This document shows, in pieces, positions 30,506 through 39,026 of a stretch of 64,000 nt of DNA. Below the pieces are notes generated by a model, which made no database searches, was not told where the DNA came from, and worked only from the letters and a program-made list of their open reading frames with translations. Where the stretch lies: assembly GCA_963696385.1 (NCBI GenBank), contig CAVOKF010000005.1, forward strand, positions 256,001 to 320,000. Reading direction: 5' to 3'. The number at the start of each line of letters is the position of its first letter. Position 1 is the first letter of the stretch. Position numbers and translations under genes: made by a program. This DNA comes from an uncultured delta proteobacterium. Lineage in GTDB: Bacteria > Myxococcota_A > Polyangia > Polyangiales > Polyangiaceae.

Positions 30506-31216
30506 TCACGGTTTGGTTCCAGAGCCGCTGCGGCGCGCAGCGGCCCGTCCGATCGCCATAAGTGCGCAGCCGATCGCCAAGACGACGAGGGCCATGGCGC
30601 TTGCGCGTTCCGACAGATCCATCGGAGGCACGCCGCCGAGCAGGTTTCGCAGGTGAGCCCGTGGGGTGATCGCGGCCGCCGACTCGTTTCCCGTTCCGAG
30701 CACCCAATCGAGGACGAGAAACGCGGCGCGCCCGCCGCCGCGCCGGCCGAAGGCCGCGCCGAGCGACAGCCATGATCCGTAGGCGGCTCCGCCGAGCGCG
30801 CCCGCATACGCGCTGGTGAGAGCGTCGCACGTTCGCGGTGGGTCCGCTGAGCCATGCGCGACCAGAGCCACCGCGGCCGCCAGCGACGCACCAAGCAGGC
30901 CGCAGGCCGCTACAGCGACCGCGACGATCGCCATGGCGGCGCCGGTCGGGCTCGCCCCGAACGCGACGAGCGGTCTGCTCGACCCGGAGAGCGAGCGGGT
31001 GCCGCAGACGGCGCCGACCATCACGTACGCGATGAGTGGAAGCGCCAGCGCCGCGTACGTCTCCACGAGTGCGTGATCCGCCCCGTGCACCCAGCCTCCG
31101 GCATGCGCTATGAACGCCGCCGTTACGGCGAGCGCGCACCATGCCATGACGGCGACCAGACTCCGAGGCGTTCGCGTGAGTCGCGCGAACGGGGGTCGTG
31201 CGAGCACCCCGATCAT
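30506..31216 (-). CDS. ABC-2-type membrane protein (about 6 TM)
   Basis: Hydrophobic. ATG overlaps the ATPase stop (ATGA). Confidence 0.7.
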   Translation of the reverse strand: MIGVLARPPFARLTRTPRSLVAVMAWCALAVTAAFIAHAGGWVHGADHALVETYAALALPLIAYVMVGAVCGTRSLSGSSRPLVAFGASPTGAAMAIVAVAVAACGLLGASLAAAVALVAHGSADPPRTCDALTSAYAGALGGAAYGSWLSLGAAFGRRGGGRAAFLVLDWVLGTGNESAAAITPRAHLRNLLGGVPPMDLSERASAMALVVLAIGCALMAIGRAAARRSGSGTKP

Positions 31217-32214
31217 CGCGCCCTCGCTGAATCGGTCTCGGTCGACGCCTCGGGTGCACGGGAAAGGATCGTTCGCATTCGCTCGTACGCGTTCGCATGA
31301 GTGGCGGCCGCGATGCCAGCGGATGCGGCGCGCGCTTCCTCGAGCGTTGGTGGTTGAAGGCGAAGCTCGGCAACGACGACACTCGCTTCGATGGCTGCGT
31401 GGGCCGCGGCTCGAGCGAGCGCCAAGGGGTCGCTGCCGCGCGCGCGTACGACGGCTCCTTGGTGTTCGACGGCGCAGACGTCCTGTGCCCGGGCGATTTC
31501 GGCCGCGAGGGCTAAAGCTTGTTGGACGTCGCCGACCAGCATCACGACCTCGGTGCCGTCCGGCGAGAAGCCCATCAAAGGCTCGAGCGATGCGACGCGT
31601 CCGATGACCACCCCGGCCCTCAGGATGAGGTGATCGGTGGCGATTTCGCTGGCATCGCGCATCGACGCCGTCGCGCATATGATCGCGCAGCCGGAGCGAG
31701 CCTTTGCGCGAAGGGCCTCGGCCACCTGGCAGGCCGCGCGCGGGTCGATGGTGCAAAACGGCTCCTCGATCAGCAGGACACGAACTTGGCTTGACGTGAG
31801 CGCCTCCGCGAGCGCGATGGCGCGCATCTCTCCCCGCGAGAGCGACCGCACGAGCCGCTTAGCCAATGATTCGACACCGAGCGTAGCGAGTCGCTCGGCC
31901 GCGTGGCCCGGTTGGTTCCCGCGTATGACCGCAGCCACGTCGAGCGTCTCGTCGACGCGAAGCCCTTCGGGCAGCGACAGCTCCAAGGGGACGCGAGCGA
32001 CCTGCTGGCGCACGCGTGAGTCTCCGGGCGATCGGCCGAGAACCAGGGTGCGACCGGTCCGAGCTCGCCTGGCGCCGGCAACGAGTGCGAGAAGGAGGGT
32101 GCCGCCATCTTCGACCCGTCCAATGACGGAGTGAATGCCCGGTCCCCACGCGAGCGTCGCGTTCGCAAGGGCGAGCGACCCGTGACGCGCGCTCACGTTC
32201 TCGAGCGCGATCAT
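31213..32214 (-). CDS. ABC ATPase-like protein with degenerate catalytic motifs
   Basis: ABC fold order is kept, but Walker A reads GRVEDGGT, Q-loop VPLE, signature LSRGE, Walker B LLIEEP and H-loop ATAS. Confidence 0.85.
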   Translation of the reverse strand: MIALENVSARHGSLALANATLAWGPGIHSVIGRVEDGGTLLLALVAGARRARTGRTLVLGRSPGDSRVRQQVARVPLELSLPEGLRVDETLDVAAVIRGNQPGHAAERLATLGVESLAKRLVRSLSRGEMRAIALAEALTSSQVRVLLIEEPFCTIDPRAACQVAEALRAKARSGCAIICATASMRDASEIATDHLILRAGVVIGRVASLEPLMGFSPDGTEVVMLVGDVQQALALAAEIARAQDVCAVEHQGAVVRARGSDPLALARAAAHAAIEASVVVAELRLQPPTLEEARAASAGIAAATHANAYERMRTILSRAPEASTETDSARAR

Positions 32215-32978
32215 GCCCCGATCCCCGCCTCGCCGCGGGGTATCCTGGCGCGCACGACGGCGAGGGACCCGGCGACGATCGCCGCCAAGCCCACGATCGC
32301 CCGAGCCGTGTGGGCCGTTCCGGTTATGGGGTGGGTGATGCCTGCGCGCACCGCCTCGAGAGCCGTCGGAATCGATGTGACTTCCTGCCATCCGGCGGGC
32401 AAGATCCTCGACGTCCATGGCGAGACCAGCTCCGGGAGTACGAGGACCGCCAGCAGGGTCATATACCCGGCGAATCGCGATTTCGCGCCGAGTGCTGCCA
32501 TGGCGACCGGCCCGAGGGTGACCGAGAACGCAAGCGCGTATACGGTCCCGGCGGCAGTGGCCGCCAGCGCCGGCTCCACGGGCCTCGAAACGGCAATGGC
32601 CGAGAGGCCGCAGACGAACGTGGTACCCGCCACCGCGAGGGCCAGCAATGCAACGAGTCCGCCGACGCGACCCCAGACGTACGCGCTCAGTGAGACGCCG
32701 CGCAGACGCACGAGCGAAATGACTCCGTCGTCCGAGTCCCTCGGGATCGCCCGCAGTCCGCCTCCGAACGCGAGCATCACCCCGGCGCTCCATGCGATGG
32801 TCGAACCCGCCGCCACCGGCAGGTGAGCCGCGGCGGCGCTCCTCGTTGAAAAGGCGATGGCGCACGCGACGAGTCCGCACACGACAGCCAATCCGAATGC
32901 GGTCACGACCAAACCTTCGCGCAAAGCCAGCCCGACACCCAAGGCTATCAGTCGCGGCCGCCCCGTGGACGCTCGCAT
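32211..32978 (-). CDS. ABC-2-type membrane protein (about 6 TM)
   Basis: Hydrophobic, with an ABC-2-like segment RDSDDGVISLVRLRGVS...YVWGR. Stop overlaps the ATPase start. Confidence 0.7.
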   Translation of the reverse strand: MRASTGRPRLIALGVGLALREGLVVTAFGLAVVCGLVACAIAFSTRSAAAAHLPVAAGSTIAWSAGVMLAFGGGLRAIPRDSDDGVISLVRLRGVSLSAYVWGRVGGLVALLALAVAGTTFVCGLSAIAVSRPVEPALAATAAGTVYALAFSVTLGPVAMAALGAKSRFAGYMTLLAVLVLPELVSPWTSRILPAGWQEVTSIPTALEAVRAGITHPITGTAHTARAIVGLAAIVAGSLAVVRARIPRGEAGIGA

Positions 32979-33057
32979 GGTCTCCACGAGACCACACCGC
33001 GGGCGGATTCGCCAGCCGCCGCAGACTCCGCGGACGTGCAACAATCGTCGACGTCCG

Positions 33058-35364
33058 ATGACCGCAGGCGCGACCCATGCACCATTCGCGACGTGGGGCC
33101 GTCGTTTTCCCCTGCTCGCGTTCCTCGCGCTCGCAAGCGTCTCGTCGATGGCAGTCGAGCGCGGGCGGCAGCCGCGCGCGGGATGCGCGGCGCTCGTCGC
33201 GATGGCAATAGCCTTTGCGGCCTCCCGGCGACGGAATACCATCGCGCGCCTTGCTGGCTGGGGTTTGGCGCTCGTCGTGGCGTCCCTCGGCGTTGCGGAC
33301 GGCACCAGCCGAGCCCTGGACGCTGCGAGCGCACTGGGCGAGCTCTCGTGCGTCGTCGCAGCCTGTCTAGCGATCGCTCACGTCCCGCCGAGCGAGGGCC
33401 TTGTGAAGGCTGCACCGCATTCATCGGGTACCGCCATCGGCATCGTGATTGGCGCTTGGTGGCTGGCACTGACCGCCGCGGTAGCGCCCGAGCAGCGGTC
33501 GGTTGCTTGGATGACTCGGTATCCCGCGGCATGGGAATCCGCCGCGATTGGCGTGAGTGCGTTGGTCATCGTCGTCGCGTGCGAGCGATTGCGAATCCGT
33601 CGTCGCCTCGAGCTTGGGGTCGCGGAACGAGTTCGGGCGATCCGAACGTGGCTTGCTACGGTCTCTCTGGCCTCGGTGCTCATCGGCGCTCTTGCGTCCG
33701 AAGACGTGGGCGACATCGCTCGGCTTGGACTTTCCGTTGGGGCAACTTGCGTCACTTGGGCGGGCCTGCACTCGGATGCTGCCGCCGTGGCTCGCGCGGC
33801 TCGCCGCGTCGGGGTCCTCGCCTTCACTGGCGGGACTGTCGCGCTCCTCGGTAGTTCCGCCGTGGCGGGTCGCGCGGGCGATCCATGGCTTCTGACGTTT
33901 TCGACCGCCGTCGCGGGGCTCGCGATTGGATCGGCTGCCTCGCGCATCGAATCATCGCTACGTCCGGCAGGCGGGGGGTGGCTGGATGCGTTTGAACGCG
34001 CTTCGGAGGCGGCCCTGCACGCCGATCCGTGCGAGGCGGTCCGTGGCGTTCTCTTCGCTTTGCGATCTCCGCTGGGCGTGGCAAGCCCGTCGCCCGAGCT
34101 CTGGACGTTATGTCCCTCCCGCGTGATGACGGTTGACGCGGCGGGGTACGCCCACGAACGCGAGGAACAGCCGCCGAGCGAACTCGCGCCGGTGGCAGCG
34201 GAGGAGCCATTCGGAACGTTGCGGGTCGAGCTCCTCGACGCGCTTGAGGTGAGGCGGCCGGAGATCCGATCCATCGCGTCCTGGATGGCCGAGCGTGGCG
34301 CTCTGCTCGCCACGGTTGTCGGGTGCGACGGTGAAACGGAGGCGGTCCTTGTCTTGCCTCGGGGCCACCGAGGCGTCCCGTCGACGCTAGAGGAGATCCG
34401 GGGCGTCAGGCGGGTCGCCGACCGACTGGCCGTCGCTTGCCGAGCGCGAGGAACGGAGCTGCGCTTGCTCGATCGCGTCCAGCACGCAATGGCGCGCGCC
34501 GACGCGGCGGTTGAGGGAATGGCACGGTTGCAGCACCAGCGGGCGCGCGACATCGAGCGGCATGCTCTCGATGCGGCTCGGCTGGCGCAGCCCGCCACGG
34601 TAGGGGTCTACGGCTCATCCTCGCGCATGGCGCTCGAGGCACTCGAGCGACGAACGGTCATCGGAGCCCCCGTTGCCGTAGTGTCGCCCAGTGGTGTGGA
34701 TCCGGCGCCTTATCTCGCACGGGCGCACCTGTCCGGATCGCGCGGGCGGGGACCTCTGGTTCTGATCGACGCGACGATCGCGCGCGAGCACGACGTTGCC
34801 CGTTGGATCGATCCGAATCGGTCCCCTCTTGCCATCGCCGAAGGGGGCTTGCTCGTGCTGCTCGATGCGAATGCGCTGCCGGCCGACGTGCAACGGCTCA
34901 TTGCACGGGCCTGCCTCGAGGCTCGCGCTCCGTGGGATCGCGCGGAGCCCCTCGACGTGCAGATTGCGATCACCGGCATCTCGTCGCCGGACGAACTCGT
35001 GACCACCGGAAGGCTCGATTCCGCTCTTGCGGCACGTCTCGGGGAGGCGCGCGCGGCGCCCGTCGTGCTGCCGCGTTTGCGAGACCGACCGGACGATTTT
35101 CGCGCGATCCTTACCGACCGGTTGGCGCGCGAAGGTCTTCGCGTTCGTGGTCATCCCGTCGGCATCGAGAACGCAGCGTACCTGCGCCTCGCGGAATATC
35201 CGTTTCCCGGCGACGATGCCGAGCTGTCGGCGGTCGTCATTCGGATGGTGGCGCGATGCGAGGGCGACAGGGTCCGTGTTGCCGATCTCGATCGGCCCCA
35301 TTTTCTTGCGATCTCGGACGACCTTTGCGAGTCGAAGCATCGAAAAGATCCGCTGTCGGCGTGA
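33058..35364 (+). CDS. Multi-TM/GAF-like protein with a degenerate sigma-54 activator AAA+ domain and no HTH
   Basis: About 8-9 TM, a GAF-like middle region and a coiled coil. bEBP remnants: AEGGLLVLLD..ALP.DVQ, LPRLRDRPDD and YPFPGDDAEL. Confidence 0.75.
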   Translation: MTAGATHAPFATWGRRFPLLAFLALASVSSMAVERGRQPRAGCAALVAMAIAFAASRRRNTIARLAGWGLALVVASLGVADGTSRALDAASALGELSCVVAACLAIAHVPPSEGLVKAAPHSSGTAIGIVIGAWWLALTAAVAPEQRSVAWMTRYPAAWESAAIGVSALVIVVACERLRIRRRLELGVAERVRAIRTWLATVSLASVLIGALASEDVGDIARLGLSVGATCVTWAGLHSDAAAVARAARRVGVLAFTGGTVALLGSSAVAGRAGDPWLLTFSTAVAGLAIGSAASRIESSLRPAGGGWLDAFERASEAALHADPCEAVRGVLFALRSPLGVASPSPELWTLCPSRVMTVDAAGYAHEREEQPPSELAPVAAEEPFGTLRVELLDALEVRRPEIRSIASWMAERGALLATVVGCDGETEAVLVLPRGHRGVPSTLEEIRGVRRVADRLAVACRARGTELRLLDRVQHAMARADAAVEGMARLQHQRARDIERHALDAARLAQPATVGVYGSSSRMALEALERRTVIGAPVAVVSPSGVDPAPYLARAHLSGSRGRGPLVLIDATIAREHDVARWIDPNRSPLAIAEGGLLVLLDANALPADVQRLIARACLEARAPWDRAEPLDVQIAITGISSPDELVTTGRLDSALAARLGEARAAPVVLPRLRDRPDDFRAILTDRLAREGLRVRGHPVGIENAAYLRLAEYPFPGDDAELSAVVIRMVARCEGDRVRVADLDRPHFLAISDDLCESKHRKDPLSA

Positions 35365-35556
35365 CGTGAGTCCTCGAAGCTTCCGGTCGCGTCCCACGGG
35401 ATCTCCGGGCTCGACGCAAACGCGCGCTTGTCTCGTGGCTTTCGAGCGTGTTACTCGTCCGGGCGTCATCACGATTGGCTCATGCCAGTCCTGAGGCCGA
35501 GTGACGGCAGGGCTCGACGCAACCGCGCCGATTCCAGCGGAGGAGACGACGTCATC

Positions 35557-36279
35557 ATGGACACGCTGCAGGGATTCGCGACGAACGCGCTGCGCGCGAC
35601 CGGGAGGCTTGCCTTCGTGGCGGCTGTGCTGGCCTGCGGCGGTTGTGAGGGTGACGACAACCCTTACAAGCCCCAGCCGGCGTGGTCCGGAAAGGCCGCC
35701 AGTTTGCCTTCTCCGCCATCGCCGCCGAGCACCCCCATCAAACAAGGGGATGCGTACACGGTGTACGGTGCGATTCATCAGCTGCGAAGCTTGATCCACA
35801 ACAAGGACGTCACCGCACAACCCATTTCGATCACGGGCTACGTCGTCGATTCGAACATTCCCCGTGCTCCCGACTGCGCCGTTCACAAAACCGGCAAGAA
35901 GGACCCGGACAATTGCAATCCCGAAGTGCCGAGCTTCTGGGTCGCGGATGATCAGGGAAACAACAAGGGACCGAAGATCCGTGTCGTGGGCTGGGCGCGC
36001 AATTTCGCCGTCGTTTACGACGCGATGGTCGCTTACAAGAAGGTCAAGCCGGGAGACCAGCCCAAGGAGCCTATCACCGACGACATGCTGAACGTCACCG
36101 TGCCGTTTCCTCTCCCGGCCGTCGGCGCAAAGGTCAAGATCACGGGGGCTTACAACATTGCCAAAACCGTCGTTTCCGACATGGTGAGCGAGCCAATGGG
36201 CGGCGTCATGGTCCTCCAGAAGATGGACGTCATCGATCCGGCTCCCGAGCCAGCGAAGTTCGCCAAGCCGATCCCGTAA
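35557..36279 (+). CDS. Hypothetical lipoprotein (possible OB-fold)
   Basis: GGAGGAG RBS, lipobox-like VLAC/GGC and strong coding bias. Confidence 0.8.
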   Translation: MDTLQGFATNALRATGRLAFVAAVLACGGCEGDDNPYKPQPAWSGKAASLPSPPSPPSTPIKQGDAYTVYGAIHQLRSLIHNKDVTAQPISITGYVVDSNIPRAPDCAVHKTGKKDPDNCNPEVPSFWVADDQGNNKGPKIRVVGWARNFAVVYDAMVAYKKVKPGDQPKEPITDDMLNVTVPFPLPAVGAKVKITGAYNIAKTVVSDMVSEPMGGVMVLQKMDVIDPAPEPAKFAKPIP

Positions 36280-36319
36280 GGGCTCCTCCCGCCCGGATTT
36301 CCGCGACGACACGGGACGC

Positions 36320-36347
36320 TTGCACGGACGGCTCGCTTCGTTATGTT
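36320..36347 (+). promoter_or_regulatory. Candidate sigma-70 promoter for the RRM gene
   Basis: TTGCAC-N16-TATGTT about 200 nt upstream of ATG 36555. Confidence 0.45.
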
Positions 36348-36554
36348 AGATGTGCTCACGGACGTTTCCCCGGCAAAGACTGCTCTCTCGACTCATGGGA
36401 TCGCGGCTCGCGCTCGACGGCAACGCAACGTGTGGACGCGGCGGACGATCCCGCCGCGGCTTGGCTCCTGGTTCGCGGCCGATCGGAAGACAGGTTTGAG
36501 TGGGCGCTCGGAGAGGGCGCGTGTTCGAGGTCGTCACGAGAAGAGAGAGACACT

Positions 36555-36926
36555 ATGGGAACGCGTTTGTATGTCGGAAATCTGTCGTTTTCGTCCACGA
36601 ATGAGACGGTGCGTGAAGCATTTGCCCGTATCGGGGAAGTCACGGACGTTCACATCGTGACCGACCGTACCTCGGGCCAATCGCGCGGCTTCGGCTTCGT
36701 GACCATGGGCACTCCGGCCGAGGCGCAGAAGGCCATTGAAGCGATGAACGGTGCGACCCTAGATGGCCGTCCGCTTCGCGTAAACGAGGCCGAGGAACGT
36801 CCGCAGCGCGGGGGCTTCGGCGGGGGTGGGGGCGGCGGACACGGCGGTGGCGGCGGTGGGGGCGGCGATCGCCGACGAGGCGGTGGCAGTGCCGGCGGTG
36901 GCGGCGACCGGCGCAATCGCTGGTAA
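36555..36926 (+). CDS. RRM RNA-binding protein with Gly/Arg-rich tail
   Basis: RNP2 LYVGNL, RNP1 RGFGFV, LRVNEA and a poly-Gly tail. Confidence 0.96.
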   Translation: MGTRLYVGNLSFSSTNETVREAFARIGEVTDVHIVTDRTSGQSRGFGFVTMGTPAEAQKAIEAMNGATLDGRPLRVNEAEERPQRGGFGGGGGGGHGGGGGGGGDRRRGGGSAGGGGDRRNRW

Positions 36927-37065
36927 CCATTCCAAGATCCCGCACGCGTTTTGCGGCACGGTCGTTCGCCTCAGCGCGGACTCATGATGCGACCGAAGCG
37001 CGCTGAGCCGGACATCCTCCACGCTATGGATGACGGCGAGCGTGTTTCAGGCTAGTCGTGCGCCC

Positions 37066-37959
37066 ATGCGTCTCGCGATGATTGGTCTGGGCAAGATGGG
37101 CTACAACATGACGCTGCGCTTGCTGGGCGGTGGCCACGAGGTTGTTGCCACGGACCGTAACGCGGACCTGGCCCGCGAGCTTGCTGGCAAAGGGGCGGTC
37201 TTCGCAGAATCGATCGCAGACGCGATCGCCAAGCTGCCGGCTCCGCGCGTTGCCTGGGTCATGGTGCCCGCCCAGGTTACCGACGCCGTCATCGAGGAGC
37301 TCGCGGGCCGCTTGGCCGAGGGCGATACCGTAATTGACGGAGGTAACTCCAACTGGAAAGACTCGCGGGTTCGCGCGGGGCTGCTGGCAAAAAAAGGCGT
37401 CCGCTTCTGCGACGCGGGCACGAGCGGGGGCGTCTGGGGGCTCGCCAATGGATACTGTCTGATGGTGGGTGGCGAGGCGGACGCGGTGGCATCGTGCGAG
37501 CCAATCTTCAAGACGTTGGCGCCGGCAGGGGGCTATGCGCATATGGGGCCAGCTGGCGCCGGCCACTACGTGAAGATGGTCCACAACGGCATCGAATACG
37601 GCCTCATGCAGGCGTATGCTGAAGGGTTCGAGATCTTGAAGACCTCCCCTTTCGATCTCGACTTGCATGGTATTGCCAGCATTTGGGGTCGCGGTTCCGT
37701 CGTTCGCTCGTGGCTGCTGGAGCTGCTCGAGACGGCGCTCGAGCACGATAAGGAATTGAAGGCGATCCGCGGCTGGGTCGAAGACTCCGGTGAAGGTCGT
37801 TGGACGGTGCAGGCCTCGATCGACCAGAACGTTCCCGCCCCAATCATCACGCTGAGCCTGCAGACACGCTTCCGGTCGCGCCAAGACGAGTCGTACGGTG
37901 CGAAGATCCTCGCCGCGCTACGTAATCAATTCGGCGGCCACGCTGTGAAGAAGGCCTGA
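37066..37959 (+). CDS. gnd: 6-phosphogluconate dehydrogenase, decarboxylating (short type)
   Basis: IGLGKMG, WVMVPA, IDGGNS, DAGTSGG, VKMVHNGIEYG and RNQFGGH. Confidence 0.95.
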   Translation: MRLAMIGLGKMGYNMTLRLLGGGHEVVATDRNADLARELAGKGAVFAESIADAIAKLPAPRVAWVMVPAQVTDAVIEELAGRLAEGDTVIDGGNSNWKDSRVRAGLLAKKGVRFCDAGTSGGVWGLANGYCLMVGGEADAVASCEPIFKTLAPAGGYAHMGPAGAGHYVKMVHNGIEYGLMQAYAEGFEILKTSPFDLDLHGIASIWGRGSVVRSWLLELLETALEHDKELKAIRGWVEDSGEGRWTVQASIDQNVPAPIITLSLQTRFRSRQDESYGAKILAALRNQFGGHAVKKA

Positions 37960-38265
37960 GGCCATCGATGATGCCATCGGGCACGCGTGGCCCCCGGAGC
38001 GGGCTCATGGCCCCGTTGCACACGTTCGAGGCTCGAAAGGCCCGAACAGCGCGCCCCCGCGTGGTGGCGGCCGTCTTGTGCCACCGCGCACTCGGCGACC
38101 GCTTCATTTGCATTTTCGTAGACAATCGTCTGTTGCAACTGGGGGAGGCGGGAACAAGTTGTCTCACGTTCCAAAAAAAAGCCGTACGAGGTGACCGGGA
38201 GGCAAGGACCAGTCCGTTTGCAACGGCACAGCTTTGTGCTACTGTGAAAAGCGGGAGGGCCTTGC

Positions 38266-38916
38266 ATGAAAGTTCTTGGCGATCGGCCTGGGTCACTACG
38301 CCATTTGTTCGTGTGCACTGCAGTGTCCGCGACGCTCGCGGGCACCCTCGCCTCTGGAATTGTGCGAGCCGACAGTGTGTCTGCACAGCCATCCCTACCG
38401 CCGCCGCCTGCTTCGCCAGCTCCTCCGGCGGCCGTTGCGCCGCCTCCGCCACGCGAATACGCCTATCCGCCGGTGTACTACGCGGCGCCGCCCCGCCCCC
38501 CCCTCGTCATTTCCGATTGGCCAGAAGACGAGCCAGCTCCCCCGGGTTATCACCGGTCCATGCGGATGCGCAGGGGACCGATCATCGCAGGGTCGATTCT
38601 CTTCGGGATCACCTACACAACGACGGTGCTCAGCGCAGCGGCATTGCGGGACGCCGGCAATTCCACCTATGGCTGGCTCTACCTTCCCGCGATTGGCCCG
38701 CTCATCGACCTGACCAATTCGGGGAGCGCCACCGCGTCCACTTTTCTCGTTCTCGATGGTCTGGCTCAATCGGCCGGTCTGGCGCTCCTCATTTGGGGTC
38801 TGACTTCGCCGAGCCCTGTGATCGTAAGAAATCAGATCGATGCGCCCCGCGTCATGCCGGCGCCCATTCTGTTCGCTCACGGGGGGTCGGGTTTCGGTCT
38901 CGTCGGTATGTTCTGA
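38266..38916 (+). CDS. Hypothetical Pro-rich exported/membrane protein
   Basis: GGGAGG RBS, signal peptide, Pro-rich linker, hydrophobic helices and C-terminal Phe. Confidence 0.7.
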   Translation: MKVLGDRPGSLRHLFVCTAVSATLAGTLASGIVRADSVSAQPSLPPPPASPAPPAAVAPPPPREYAYPPVYYAAPPRPPLVISDWPEDEPAPPGYHRSMRMRRGPIIAGSILFGITYTTTVLSAAALRDAGNSTYGWLYLPAIGPLIDLTNSGSATASTFLVLDGLAQSAGLALLIWGLTSPSPVIVRNQIDAPRVMPAPILFAHGGSGFGLVGMF

Positions 38917-39026
38917 GCGATTCGCCCCTCGGCTAGGCCGGCTCTGTGTCCTTCCGTCAGTAGGGATGGATCCCGACCTTTGGCTTTGCGAAGACGGAGG
39001 TGTGGTGACGGCGCTAGGGTGTCCGT

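Noticed and set aside
36815..36905. GGC-rich tandem repeat
   Set aside because: It encodes the poly-Gly tail of the RRM protein.
38224..38240. Sigma-54-like CGGCACAGCTTTGTGC
   Set aside because: GG-to-GC spacing is 11 rather than the required 10.
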